The translations under genes were made by a program, and so were the position numbers. A stretch of DNA of 53,741 nucleotides, filler included, from Sphacelaria rigidula (lineage: Eukaryota), in assembly GCA_964200075.2 (NCBI GenBank). It is 5 parts of 5 records of this genome, joined end to end, with 100 filler letters (N's around TTAATTAATTAA, not from the genome) between each part and the next. Parts side by side here need not be neighbours in the genome. Positions count along the whole stretch, not along the records: positions 1 to 10,669 come from CAXNAA020006110.1; positions 10,770 to 21,438 come from CAXNAA020006111.1; 3 more parts are not named here. One strand, written 5' to 3'. Within the stretch, counting starts at the first letter, position 1; each line of letters starts with the position of its first letter. Under the pieces are notes generated by a model. That model had not been told where the DNA came from. It was given only the letters and a program-made list of their open reading frames with translations, and searched no databases. Below, in pieces: positions 1 through 11,949 of the stretch.

Positions 1-99
1 CTTGAAGTTTTATACCGCCCCCCCCTCCCGTGGCACGCCCGCCCCGGGGCTCCCCCCCCCCCCCCCCCCCCCCCCACCTTCCAATAGGGTGGCCATAGA

Positions 100-301
100 A
101 AGCAAAAGAGGACGGGGATAAGTGACGTGAAAGGTTTCCGTGTAGTGTATGGAAGAAGCGTAATGAGCGCCCAAATGTTGGAGGTGCCTCTATGAGGAGT
201 GGAAGGAACGGTGCTCCGTCTCGAAAGGGATACGAGTCAGTGGCCGAACGACTGCGACAAACAACGAATGAGTACGCCTCCCTCCCCCCCCCCCCCCCCC
301 C
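100..301 (+). mobile_element. Repeat family A: retroposon-like element ending in GAGTACG + oligo(C)
   Basis: Shares GAAAGGGAT...GAGTACGCCCC with 4372-4441 (+) and 46475-46549 (-). Confidence 0.7.
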
Positions 302-342
302 ACCTCCCGTGTCAAGGGTGTAGGTGTGATGTGGGTGAGGGC

Positions 343-480
343 TTGATTGATCGATTGATTGTCGCACTTCAACTAACCCCCCAGAAGTCATGATCCAGCC
401 GCGGTCACACGACAGACGTACCCGAAACAAACAAAACTGAAACACGCGCTGAAGGAAACAAACAAACAAAAAAGAATAGG
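343..480 (-). mobile_element. Repeat family B: LINE-like 3' end with (CAAT)n tail
   Basis: TTGATTGA...GTCGCACTTCAA...GGTCACA core also at 4310-4520 (-) and 15935-16052 (+), each next to CAAT/ATTG tandem units. Confidence 0.6.
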
Positions 481-517
481 ACAACGTAGTAGGCTATGGC
501 ATGAAAAAGAACATTAG

Positions 518-1479
518 TAGGGCTGTGAACTGGCTGCTCTGGCCAGTTGAGTTAAAACCGGGCGCTGGCGCGGGCAGTACATCGATTGTTTTCCGGTTAA
601 TCGGCGGATAGCTTGATTGAGCAAGTATTGCAGAGCGTTGTGGTATTTGTCTGGTCTTGGTTCTTGTCGTGGAAGTGTGATGTGCAATGTACTGCCGAAA
701 CCTATAAATATTACTTGGTCTTACTTGGCTCCGAAGATATGCGAAAAAATCAGGCTTCATAAACACGAATTTCAATTTTTATATACTATTCATTTCTCTT
801 TTTTTTAAAAATCATGTATAAGGTTTAGTACCCCCCCTCTCTCCTTCCCCCCGAAAGACTCCAGGATTCAAACAAGGGCCACAGGGTCTCGGATTTTGTT
901 TTTGGGCACTCGCGGATGACGTTCAAATCCCATTCAAAGCGGTGAGCGATTCGAAAACCATTCATCTGTATTATGCAGCAGCAGACTCTCCGTGAGGAGA
1001 GGAGGGTGCAAACAAGCCGAGGCTGGCAACACGCGGAGATAAGAGCGCAAAATGATTCACGTCCGGACCCACAAGGACGCATGCAGTCGAATTGCAAGCC
1101 ATGGTTTACTTTGTATGTTGTGGTCGCGGATTACCGTTTGTGTGCTATTTTTTATTCCAGATGTATGTCGTGCTATGAAACGACAAACCTGGCATATATC
1201 CGCATTATCACTCCAAGGTGTAGTGACCACGAGTACTGTACTGTACTTACTGTCTGTACCTGTATTGTTGTCAGGTGCAGACCCCAATCCTATTGCCATT
1301 TTGCTCGTAATCATGTAAGCATCTTTGTTATAAACGAGCCATACTAAAAATGGTATCAACATAATCCGTAACGGCAAACTTGAAATGAACTGGATAAACT
1401 GGAGTCCTCATCACCACTTCCAGTTGAACTCCAGTTCCAGTTTAACTGCCAGTACAAACTGGTCCAGTTCACAGCCCTA
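518..1479. mobile_element. Non-autonomous hAT-like DNA transposon
   Basis: Perfect 16-bp TIR TAGGGCTGTGAACTGG / CCAGTTCACAGCCCTA; 8-bp TSD aacattag / aaaattag; subterminal AACTGG/CCAGTT repeats. Confidence 0.85.
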
Positions 1480-1834
1480 AAAATTAGTAAATAAAAGTAG
1501 AAGAAAGGACAAAAGGCCGGCCTTTGCCACATGGCTTCGGCAGAAAAGGTCTTGCGCAACATCACACACATACCCAGTCGTGGAAAACAAATGCCGTGGA
1601 AAAATTAAAAAATGCGGCTCATCTACTACGACCCCTCCATTTTGGGTATGGACCCTCTCATTCATGAACTGGACCCTCTCCTCCGTGAACAATCCCCTCT
1701 CCTCCGTGAACAATCACCACAAAGCGAAGATGCAACCGATGATTTCAGCTGGGGTAGAACTTCTCAGACGCAGGCTGATGTTGACCAGGGTTATTCCTTT
1801 TCAATAATGTGAAGGCGATATTTTCAGAGATTAA

Positions 1835-2755
1835 GCGCCCCAACACAGTACACCAGGCGTGTGATGATACTGAAAGTTGACGCATGTGTGGACTTGGGTT
1901 GCAGGTAGGTGTTGACGTAACAGTTTCGGCGACCCAAGGCGTTTCGTGCGCTGCGTGGCTTGAAAGGATGATCATGCACGATGCTGCAGTGATCTTGCCA
2001 TCCTTGTTGTTTACATCGGCCCCCTGTTGGTTGAGGCTGGCACCAAGGCGGGATATAACCATCAGTGAGGGTTCTCCAGGTGTTAGAGGCAGATGCCCTT
2101 GAGTTTTATACACCGTGCCGAGCAAGACCCGGCCGCACAACGCAGCCAACGAGAAGAGTGTCTTCTGGCAAGGACCACTGCGGGCCTGTTCGAGCAGAGG
2201 GCAACGTCTCCTACCTCACAGTGCCAGGCTTAGCATGGTCGTGACCACGACAATCTGAAAATGACAGAGGTAGTTGCTATAGTTTTCTTCCATCAGAACC
2301 AATTGGATTTCTTCGGTGGTGTGCTCCCACGTGGAGATATTTACATTTCTCTGGCAGGCACGTGATCGCCCTTGTGCAGAGTTTTCACTTGCTTCCAGAG
2401 GAGAGCAGAGTGCAAGTTGCAATTTGGTTTTTCTTCACGGATGGATCGTGGGTATTCTAGCCCTGTCGAGGCGTGGCTCCCATCGTACAGTCAGTACTAC
2501 AGTACTCGTTGTACTGGCACTAGGAACACACAGTGTCAACTTCGTCGGGTATTTCCGTGCGCGGATACATGTAGTGTGATAAGCACTTTTCCCTTTCGTA
2601 GTGACATGCATTATTTCCCATCCGGCTGCCACCCGCCTGAATGCTGGTCTGTAGCGCCAGGTATCCGTGCTGATGTGGAGACCTCTTTTCCAAGGACGTC
2701 CACTCCTTTAGTCTCACGATACTTTAGGCCTTGGAGTATGACCGTCTCCAATTGA
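1835..2755 (-). pseudogene. Degenerate RecQ-like SF2 helicase remnant (probably TE-borne)
   Basis: Collinear degraded motifs across frames: ILQGLKYR (WGxDFR-like), ARIPGAT (TAT-like), HTTEEIQLVLMEE...IVVVTTMLSLAL (motifs IV-V), LCGR (VI), SHAWCTV (Zn site); stops and frameshifts; no introns seen. Confidence 0.35.
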
Positions 2756-4371
2756 CGCCGCGTATGATGAAGTATACTTTCAGGACAACGCCGCCATAAT
2801 ATTGAAAAGGAACAACTCTGTGATGACACGTCGAAGTTCGGAGTAATTTTGTTGTGGTACCATGAAATTTCATGCTTGTATCGCTGCGTGGTAATGGCCG
2901 TTGTATTGTTCGTAGAGATCTTGCACCAAAACGTATCCGCAAGTATCACATCACATCTGTAACAGGAACTCGCGCACGAAAACCATTTAGCACAAGGGGG
3001 TCACGTCCTTCACCCCCTGCGTCACCCCTATGCCCAAGCACGTGACCCCCCGTCACAAAAAAAGACGCTCTCGACTTCAACGTGCGCAGTGTCGAGGGAG
3101 GGAGGTGCTGGGAGATATTGTGATGTGTTGGACGTGATGGAACCGTTCACTTCCCCGACGCGCCTGTTTTTGTTGAGAAAACCGCGAAACGATTCCACAA
3201 GATCGCCATACATTCCACCCGAACAGACCGATAGGTTGTGTGTCGAACATGCTTGGTGCCCAGCGCGGAAAGATTCGGAAATGTTCCCCCGGACTAAGGC
3301 GTTTGGTTCGGGCCCTTGGTGTGTTTTGCTTGTGAGCGGCAAATACGCCGTTAAATATTCGGTTCTTCTTGTGCTTCAATATGATTCTTTTTTCTGGGGC
3401 TTAAGATTAGCCGCGTGCGCTAACTACGTGGCGTTCGGGGTAGTCCACCACCCGCTCGGAAGATGGGGGGAGGGTAGTCCAGGGAAGGCATTCATGAAAA
3501 GTAAAACTAGATCGGATGTTCCAATGTATGCTTAGTGTCTCACGCGTACATGCAAAAAGCAATTGAATATCTGGCGAACGTCAACTTCCATGTACCGCAT
3601 ACGCCGCCATGGATCAAATCTTCATGTGTGCATATTTACAGAGTTTGGTTTGTGAGTTCTCTGTCGCGTTCATTCACTTTATACGAAGTAGAAAACTGTG
3701 GCCCCCCTGTCCCCGACCGTAGTATACCTGTCCCACCGCAGCGAAATACAAACTTTCATTTTCACTATCGCAACTATTCCGGGAAACAAAGCCCGCGCGC
3801 TTGTTCCATGATGATTTTTACACGTACAAGTAGCAGGCGTACATATATTGCGGCGTTCTGGAAGTTTACTCCTAGCTGCACTCATACGTGACGACGTTCG
3901 AGGACATTGTTCCGAACTAAAAATCTGGCAAAGTTTGAGGAACTTGGTCCAAGCTGAGTGTACCATCTGACGTTAGGAGTTAGTGTATGCTTAGCATGAT
4001 GCAATATCTGATAGCATTTAGAAAGCTCCTTTGAAGACTGAACGCACGATTTGACAAGGTTTGGGCATGCAATACCTGACAACATTCAGGCAACTCGTTT
4101 TTGGTATGCGCGGTATGCGCACCGTATCGGGTGGATTTTTACACGTATCGAGAATGTTCTTCGAATACCACAACACGCCAGATTTGTAGGACAAACGAGT
4201 ATATAAAATTCCCCCGAGAACCTGTCTGGTAGATTATTTTTTCGATCGAGCACATTTTCACGGCCGGCGCCTTGGTGTCGGAAGATGTACAAGTGAATGA
4301 GCTTGACTAGATTGGTCGATTGATTGATTTTGATACATTGTCGCACTTCAATTGCCCTCCCCAGGGATCCA

Positions 4372-4441
4372 TTGAAAGGGATGCGTGGTCAATGGTCAAA
4401 CGACTAAGGCATGCAACAAATGAGTACGCCCCCCCCGCCTG
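4372..4441 (+). mobile_element. 5'-truncated family A copy inserted in a family B copy, with 12-bp TSD
   Basis: CCCAGGGATCCA at 4360-4371 and 4442-4453 flanks a 70-bp insert ending in a C-run. Confidence 0.8.
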
Positions 4442-4977
4442 CCCAGGGATCCAGCCGGGGTCACAAGGTTCACGTACTTGAGACAAGACAAAAATGAAAC
4501 ACTGCTTGAAAGAAAGAAAGAGGGAAAAAAAAAGAGAGGGTAGGGCAGACCAACAGAGTAGACCCGAATGCACATCTCCTGTGTTCATTAGAACTATGGT
4601 TCGCCGCGGTCAGGATACGAACATTCAAGTAACCTCTCAAAAGAGTGCCAACAACTGTGTACAGCATCAAGCACTAAGGCTTCCAGTGAACGTGTCGCCA
4701 AACCCCAATTACTGCAATTCCCGAGCAAGTATTGTCTGCCCGGTTGTGCAGGGTCGGGATAACATGGCGCATTATGTGAGGGAAAAAGTTTGCCGTAGCT
4801 TGATTACAGGAGGTTCGTCGGTAGTTTCCCATCATGAAGAACATGGCCATTTTGAACACCGCCCTCCCCTTGGTGCGTTCCCGTGCGACTTCTCATCCGA
4901 AAATGTTCCGAAAATACGGACAAAGGTCGCCACCGCTGATGGATTGCGGGCACTAGACGAGCCTCCCTTGCCAACAG

Positions 4978-7870
4978 GACTCACCAACGTGGACGCAGTG
5001 GTAAGTGCAGGCATTGATGAGAAAAGCAGTGCCACAGGCATGGGCGCCGACGCTATCAGCACGAGGGTCCCGAGCGGTGGCATCGCCGAAATAATGCTGT
5101 CGACCTCGGTGCGGGACAGGGGCAGCGGGAAGCCACCGGGTCAACAAGGGATAAGCAAGCAAGATGAACGGGTTGCTGGTCCGAAGGGAAAGCAAATGGA
5201 GGAGGATATGGCGATGGACGACGGGGCTCATGGCGACGGCGGTGACGTAGATCTTAAACCGTCACTGATCGTCTATTTCGGGGGCGAAACCGTTGTGAGC
5301 GGGGACGGATCGGAGGATGCGTGGAGCCAGGGAGCGGGATCGCCGCTGACATTGCTCCGATTAGATGATGACCTGTGGGGGGGTTCGGAGAAAGTGCAAA
5401 AGGCTAGGGAGGCCGAAATAGCGGTCGGAGTAGCGGCTAGAGAAGCGGCGTGGCGGCAAGAGAATGCGAAGGCGGTAAGAGCGAAGGTGGGAGGGCAACA
5501 ACGGGAACCGGGGGTAGAAACGCTATCACCGGAGTCCGGTTCTGAATACCGCGGTCGTGGATCTAGTGGCGCCGCTGGTGTATCTCGTGGCGGTGGCGGT
5601 GGCCGTGGTGGTGTCGATGATCCAGATGATCATCCTAGTAAGGACGAATTGGTGAAGATGGACCCCAAGGTTGGCAAGGCGCTGGTGAAATGGTCCGACA
5701 GTTTGCGAGCCGCCGGACGACCAATGGCCGCGTGCCTCGCGCTGCAGGCCATCGTGCTGGGAGTTCTCAATGCCAGCCGACAAACTTCCCTGCTGCGCTC
5801 ACTTTTGGGGCACCAGAGATCCTCGTCATCCTCACCCTCATCCACCCCTTTCTTGGCGGGCAACGATAGCGCTTGCGGAGAACAAGAAAGAGGTGGAGGT
5901 GGAGCGAAACCTGCGGGGATGGTGGTCACCGGACTGACGGTCGGCGGTATTGACGATGACGTGGACTGCGAGACGTACGGGACAATCGAGTTACTGATCC
6001 GGGAAGTCGAAGAAGCCACTGATGGTCTCATTACCTTATCGGAGTGGTGGATCCAGAGTCTGACTGACAATCCGAAGTACAACCTGCGCACGTTCTTGGA
6101 CGGAATCCCGTGGTTCACCCCCCTGAACGTGTGCGGTCTGTACGCGTGGAAGCCGCCCGTTGAGGTGGCCGAAGCACTCGATGCCGGGCTTGAGGATGGT
6201 TGGCCTAGTCGCAGCCCGACCAAGTGGATGTCTGCGTTCGGTTTATCGTTGCCGGAGGAAGAGGGTGGTGTGGAGAAGAGAGGAAGTGACGAGATATCGT
6301 TATTGTCGTCCTGGTTGACGTCGGAGCCAGCTCAGCACCCGTGTTTCGAACAGTTCGTCAGTTACATGGCCTATCGCGACGACGTGGATTTGTCCGCGGC
6401 TCTGCACCGAGAAGGTTACACGAACAGCGCGTGGCTCGTCATTGGCAGAATAGTCGCCAGCGCGGCGGCCTTGCTAGAACTAGACGAGGTCCGTACCGAT
6501 AGACAAAGGAAGCGCGACATGGCATTCAAAACGACAGCAGCCGAGCACAATCCAGCAGCAGCAGCCGATCGATGGAGGCATGACAGGAAGAAGTTGTTCG
6601 CAAAGGCTGCGAAGTTAGCTGGGGTGGATGTGATTCAGCCAACGCTGGATCATAGTGGTGGGGGTGGGGATGGAGGTCAGGTGATGGGTGAGCCGGGACC
6701 AGGGTTGAGCTCGAAAGACTTGCTGGATATCACACCCGGATTGGCTTACTATGGGCTCCATATCCACCGTCGGATCTTTTCTTGGTCGACTATGCGATCG
6801 ATCAGTGCTCGTGGTCGCGGCAAAGGCGATAAGCTAGAGAGTACAGCCAACAAGGCAGAAGGAGAGACAAAGCTTGCAGAGGGAACGGGATCGAAAGTGG
6901 AGAAGTCTGCCCCTGACGTTGAAAATGCTGATGGCACTGGGAATCACGGTAGGAGCGGCATCGAGGAAAACGACGAGGACGCTGGTGTTATCTCCCCTGG
7001 TGGCAGATTGTTTTCTATACTGCCAGCGCTCAGTAGGGGTGGTAATGGCAACGCAGGGACCATAGCAACGGCCCTGATGATGTTCAAGGCCGAGCAGATG
7101 ATGCTCATTCCTGAGCATGCGCAGCATCGCGATGAACATGAACAGGGCGATGGAGTTGGAGAATATGTCGACGACAAGGTCCTCCGAGCGAAGAACGCGT
7201 ACATATTCACCGGGGAGAAATACACTCGACCCGAGGCATATCATACGCGTTTCGAGGCCGCCAGGTTCCTGCTGGACTTGCATTGCGGGGCTCCCATCCC
7301 GTCCGCGATAACAGCAGCAGCACCGCCCTTGCCTTCGATGCCATCACCACGTGCCGCCGGAAGCGGAGGAGAGGGGACGTCCGATAACCGGCCAGGCGGC
7401 AGTGGAAATACTGCCACCGAAGGAGAGCAGCAGCAGCAGCAGAAGCAGCGCGTAGAGGTGACAGGAGACGAGGAGTGGTCACAGGGAGAGGAAGAGGTAG
7501 AGGACGACGAGGGGGACGACGAGGAAGAGGATGTCGATAGGCAGGCCTGTTTGAATCTCATCGTGATGTCGGCGTTCCGGACGTACCAGGAGAACGGATG
7601 TATGCACGTGCGTGTGGGGTCCCTGCGGCACCATATTTCCTTACTTATTGGCATACAAATAGACGAGTGGGATACCTTGGTCGCCGCGGCCGGCGTCCCA
7701 GGTGTCTGGCGGGACGAGTCCACCGATCAGCTCTCCTGGCATTTCAACACGGACGCCGTGCGGGCTGCCCTTGGGGGTCGAGGTGGAGGTCCGACGACTG
7801 CGGAGAGAGTCGAAGGCAGCGATAGTAGCCCCGACGAGAAGATGGCGCAGCTTCGGGGGTACGTGAGCAG
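4978..7870 (+). CDS. SPG11: Large internal exon of a probable spatacsin (SPG11) homolog
   Basis: Core of the 1126-aa ORF; candidate acceptor ccaacag (4977) and donor CAG|gtgaga (7871). Motifs collinear with spatacsin: GRPMAACLAL, YNLRTFLDGIPWFTPLNVCGLYAWK, AYRDDVDLSAALHREG, TIATALMMF...YVDDKV, ARFLLDLH. 5' boundary approximate. Confidence 0.65.
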
Positions 7871-8296
7871 GTGAGAGGGTTTGAGGGCGCGGGGCAGGCG
7901 CGGGCGGGCTCACGGTACGTGGAAGACAGCAGGTCGGTAGATGAACGCGGAGAACAATTCAGCTTTTTTCTCCTTCTGGTGGTGCCGGTTCTCAGAACGA
8001 TCAAATAGATCCTTGGAGGGCCTGTTGGTTGATACACATTATTTGTGTTGCCTGAGGAAGGTATCATTCGCGTCAAGATGATTGCACGCCTGGGAAACAT
8101 CCTCCGGAAATGTGCTCTACTCACGCGGAAGTTGACGTGTGTTGCTTCCCCGGCAAAGACTGGACACTTCGTTTTGTGTTGAAACAATCCTACCGCGGAT
8201 GAGGATCGGGCACACTGTTTGGTGAACGTCTAGGCAACAAGGCTACGTCTATGGAGCGCACTTTTAGTGTAGTACAATGTTGTATGCAGCAGCAAG

Positions 8297-8450
8297 AGCT
8301 CAAGCCTTGTGGTCTTCAGCACTCGCTGCGCGCGTACACATAATCAATTTTCCCTTCATGTTCGATTCCAACGTAAGTCGATCCATAGAATCGCTAAAAC
8401 GCGCCCAACACGCATATCGGGCGATGGAAATATGGACAACGCACGTGAAG
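8297..8450 (+). CDS. SPG11: Spatacsin-like gene, downstream exon (boundaries approximate)
   Basis: AQALWSSALAARVHIINFP...VSRSIESLKRAQHAYRAME resembles the spatacsin W-x8-N(Y/F)...HL-x-AFE segment. Confidence 0.5.
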
Positions 8451-8592
8451 GCATATGCTCAACGGACTAAACGAAATCATTGCACCTGTCCCTAGCTTGC
8501 GTGCCTTCAGCGCTTCGGACTGAGCACGTAGGGCAATTCAAGATTGTGAATGGCACTTCTCTGACCCGGTTTGTTGTTTTGTTTCTTTTCAG

Positions 8593-8721
8593 CCTGAAAC
8601 GAATACCAACATTGTCGACAAGAATCTTGGCGTGAAGAACCGGACACGCGTCGCGGATTTGTTTCTCGGTTGCACTTTACCCCTGGATGATGATCAAGTT
8701 ACGAGGGTGCACGTGTTTTTG
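8593..8721 (+). CDS. SPG11: Spatacsin-like gene, candidate exon (3' end uncertain)
   Basis: Strong pyrimidine acceptor tttcttttcag; PETNTN...RVADLFLGC resembles spatacsin DLFxILxxC. Confidence 0.45.
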
Positions 8722-8864
8722 GTAGGGCGATTACGGCCACCATAGTCACCGGCAGCATGCACAAAGAAACAAAAGGCATGCATCATTGACTTCCCATGAG
8801 AAGACTTTGGGTGCCTTTCCCGCATAAAGAACGTGATACCAAGAACAAATTAAGCTTCTCACAG

Positions 8865-8895
8865 CAGAGGTGTACAACTCACCACTCCTTCTACG
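8865..8895 (+). CDS. SPG11: Spatacsin-like gene, candidate small exon (EVYNSPLLLR)
   Basis: cacag acceptor and CG|gtatgt donor; phase matches exon 9216. Confidence 0.4.
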
Positions 8896-9215
8896 GTATG
8901 TGTCATATCTCATGCAGGCTGATACTTGTTCCGAGGCCATTCTTCATGCCGTGTGGGACACGTCACGTCACCCTTAGTCATTTTACATCCAGGGTCTTCC
9001 CGTTTACGTGAGACGTTTATCCCACTCTCCTGCACCATCGCATGGGAATATAGAAGTGTGCATCGAAACGGTGCGATAGAGGACTACCACCTTCCAAACC
9101 CTGCCCACTCAACCCACTCACTCGATTTCCCATCGTCCCTCGTTGTTCCCATTGTTGCGCCGCTGTTCCTACTTTACCCTTTACGCCCGGCGGTTATATA
9201 TTGATTCTCCTTCAG

Positions 9216-9402
9216 AGCCTTGAACTTGAGCTGGCCAGTTTTAGCGATCGACCTATCTGGACTGTTTCAGGTAGCATCGGAACCCTACGAGCCTAACCGA
9301 GCGAGAAGTCGAGCGGCCAAGGCGTTGATGTTCTTCATTTGGGGCTCAATCGGCATGAACAGCGATGTTTCCAGCGGGACCGGTGCTGTCAATACATGGA
9401 CC
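9216..9402 (+). CDS. SPG11: Spatacsin-like gene, exon
   Basis: ctccttcag acceptor and ACC|gtgagt donor; ALNLSWPVLAIDLS...ALMFFIWGSI resembles the spatacsin LL-x-A-x3-(S/A)WxxLA...CLxVW segment. Confidence 0.55.
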
Positions 9403-10025
9403 GTGAGTACCTTCGTTGCAATTTTCTGCCGTACGGTTTTTATTTTATAATTATTGTCCTGTTGGATTACTCCGGAGGAAGCCCTTTGCCCTGACCTACG
9501 TGGCGGATTCGCAGGTCACTGTTTTCCAGGCAGTGCTTGATGAGACAAGCTGGGAATGCAGCACCAGGGAGTGTGTATGTATGTCACTCGGAACGTCAAC
9601 AGTCATGGGAACACCTCAAAAATTTGTGCGCGCAATTTTTGTTCGCATCTTTCAAGAGGCCAACAGCTAAGTGTCGTTTCAGCGGAAGCACACCGAGGAG
9701 GCAGTAGTGGTGCACACATTGTCTGATCGTGAATGTCAAGACTCATTCATGCACTAACCCATTAGGTGTAGTTCTATATACAATATATATATATACTTCG
9801 TTAAAATTATATACCTCGTTCATGTATGTCTCCATGTATCTATATGAAAAAAAGTAAATATCCAGAGCTTCGACACAATTGCCATCAGGCTACGAATGAA
9901 ACACCAGGAAACTCACGTGGCAGCCAACACGCCTATACTCGCTGTGAGGGCGTACCTTGTCTGTTTGCTAAGTCCTCATCATATCTGTAACGGTGTCATG
10001 GTCGCCAAAGTGCATGTTCAGCTGA

Positions 10026-10066
<41 letters not shown>

Positions 10067-10476
10067 TCCCGGCTCCGCGCCCCCCCGGCCGCGGCGGTGT
10101 GGGGCCCGCGCGNNNNNNNNNNCTTTTTTGTTTTGTAAAGCCCCATCATTTTTTTAAGGGGGTCCTGGGCCCCAAAGGGCTTTTTCCGCCGCCCCCCCCC
10201 CCCCCCCCCCCTTTCAGCCTGTTTCGGCGAGAACCCGGCGTGCTCCTTCCCGGCTTTGAGGGGCGGACCCTGGATGGGGTTGGCGTCGGTAGGCGCTGGC
10301 GCTGTAAAACACGCCTCTCACTGCGTAAGCTAGGCAACCAAGTTACCGCTTTTTGTTTTGCGCTCTTGCGGGTTTTTTTGCGGTAACCACGATGGTAGTC
10401 GATCGAGATCATGTTGTGCGGTGTGGGAGAACTTCAACTCCGCACAAAGGGGATGATCGTACCACCTAGTGTTTAG

Positions 10477-10669
10477 ATGGTGAGACACCCATCAGGCAAT
10501 GTGTAAGCCGTGGCTATCTCTCGAAGTGCCGATACCAGAAAATGAAGCACCTCATTTTAGGCTGCCATGCAAATGCAAAATAATCAGTAGGCTTCGGGCC
10601 GAACACTCTTAGCAGGATGCAGCTCACCCTTCATGCGACTCGCCAAACACACGACGGCGCTTCGCGCTT
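10477..10669 (-). repeat. Interspersed repeat family C (cut by contig end)
   Basis: Reverse complement of 10770-10980; also at 32308-32445 and 39716-39922. Confidence 0.85.
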
Positions 10670-10769
10670 NNNNNNNNNNNNNNNNNNNNNNNNNNNNNNN
10701 NNNNNNNNNNNNNTTAATTAATTAANNNNNNNNNNNNNNNNNNNNNNNNNNNNNNNNNNNNNNNNNNNN
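10670..10769. other. Artificial contig linker N44-TTAATTAATTAA-N44
   Basis: Exactly 100 bp with a six-frame stop linker in the middle; the same linker recurs three more times. Confidence 0.98.
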
Positions 10770-11020
10770 GCACCCAGTCACCAAGCACGAAGCGCCGTGG
10801 TGTGTTCGGCGAGTCGCATGAAAGGCGAGCTGCATCCGGCTGAGATTGTTCGGCCCGAAGCCTACTGATTATCTCGCACTTGGATGGCAGCCTACACTGA
10901 GTTGCTTTACCGTCTGGTATTGCCACTTCCTGAGACAGTCACGGCTTACACATTGCCTCATGGGTGTCTCACCATTAGCCACTTTTGTTTTGGGGGGGGG
11001 GGGCTATCGCAGAAAGTGTC
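10770..11020 (+). repeat. Interspersed repeat family C
   Basis: GAAGCGCCG...GGCGAGTCGCATGAA...GGTGTCTCACCAT...G-run-CTATCG; four copies in the window. Confidence 0.85.
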
Positions 11021-11200
11021 ACGAGCCAGGGGTCAACGATTTTCCGGTATATTTTGGCATTCCTTGAGTTTATACATGTGTATATGTTCGCGACACACGC
11101 CTGAGCCCGCAAACTCTACAAAAAGGCAAACAAAAGCGAAGACGGACAAAAAATAGAATGCTAGTTCATCCCTCCCCTGCTACCCAACCAACATAACTAC

Positions 11201-11400
11201 CTGAATTTGGACTTCCCGATGAGGCCTGTGCACATGTTTCCCGTGGCTATCCCAACCCCCGCTTTCAAGCAAAACTTGTTGCTCGAGGTCTTGCAGATCA
11301 TTAGAGCAACGCGGATGGCGTGCAAATTGTTCTGCTCGTATGAGCAACCGGGCGTACCGAAAGCGAACAGCAGGACTAGCCCCTTTTCGTCCATGATCAC
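11201..11400 (-). CDS. Soluble adenylyl cyclase (ADCY10-like), C2 catalytic domain exon
   Basis: VIMDEKGLVLLFAFGTPG...AIRVAL...GVGIATGNMCTGLIG is the class III cyclase C2 pattern (DDKG, FGxPG, GxxTG); ag acceptor and gtagtt donor. Confidence 0.85.
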
Positions 11401-11949
11401 CTTCGTGTTTTTGTTTGTTATTCAAGAAGCGGAGTGCAAATAGTACGGGAAAGACAAAGAGACAAAGGGAAAAGAGATACTGTGCTGAACGTTTCAAGCG
11501 CTTATCGATCTGTTGAATGATTATTGGTTGATGCACACTTACTCGTCCACTTCGCGGCCGTCCGTGGTCAGAGGATAGATTCGCCGAAGGGAATCAAACG
11601 GGGGCGCTCGTTGGAGGACACTCGACACAGGACATAAACAAACAATAACAGGTGGGTCAACAGACAGAGGAAACGGGAACTAAACAAAATAACTCAAAGA
11701 GACACACTTCTTCGTTCTTGCTATCAGGAAACGAACAATACGAACGCGACAAAACGACGAAGAGAGAATAAAAAGCTAATCTCAGCACTTGAAGTTCAGC
11801 TCACATCTTGATCATTTCCCACATAAAAATGCATACGGGTATAATGAGTCATCGAACGAAGAGCAAAAGGCAGTCAGCTGAACAACCGCCATGATATATC
11901 GGTGCTCTACCAGACAGAAAGTAGTGTACAGGTTCGTAGGGTTGACAGT

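Noticed and set aside
4494..4977. N-terminus of the 1126-aa ORF as real protein
   Set aside because: It starts inside a family B repeat and precedes a plausible splice acceptor, so it is likely intron read-through
10027..10260. Poly-C tracts and proline-rich ORFs around the 10-N gap (also 1-80)
   Set aside because: Looks like low-quality sequence next to long homopolymers and a scaffold gap
10477..10980. Apparent large inverted repeat spanning the first N gap
   Set aside because: The arms are diverged copies of repeat family C on two unrelated contigs joined by an artificial linker
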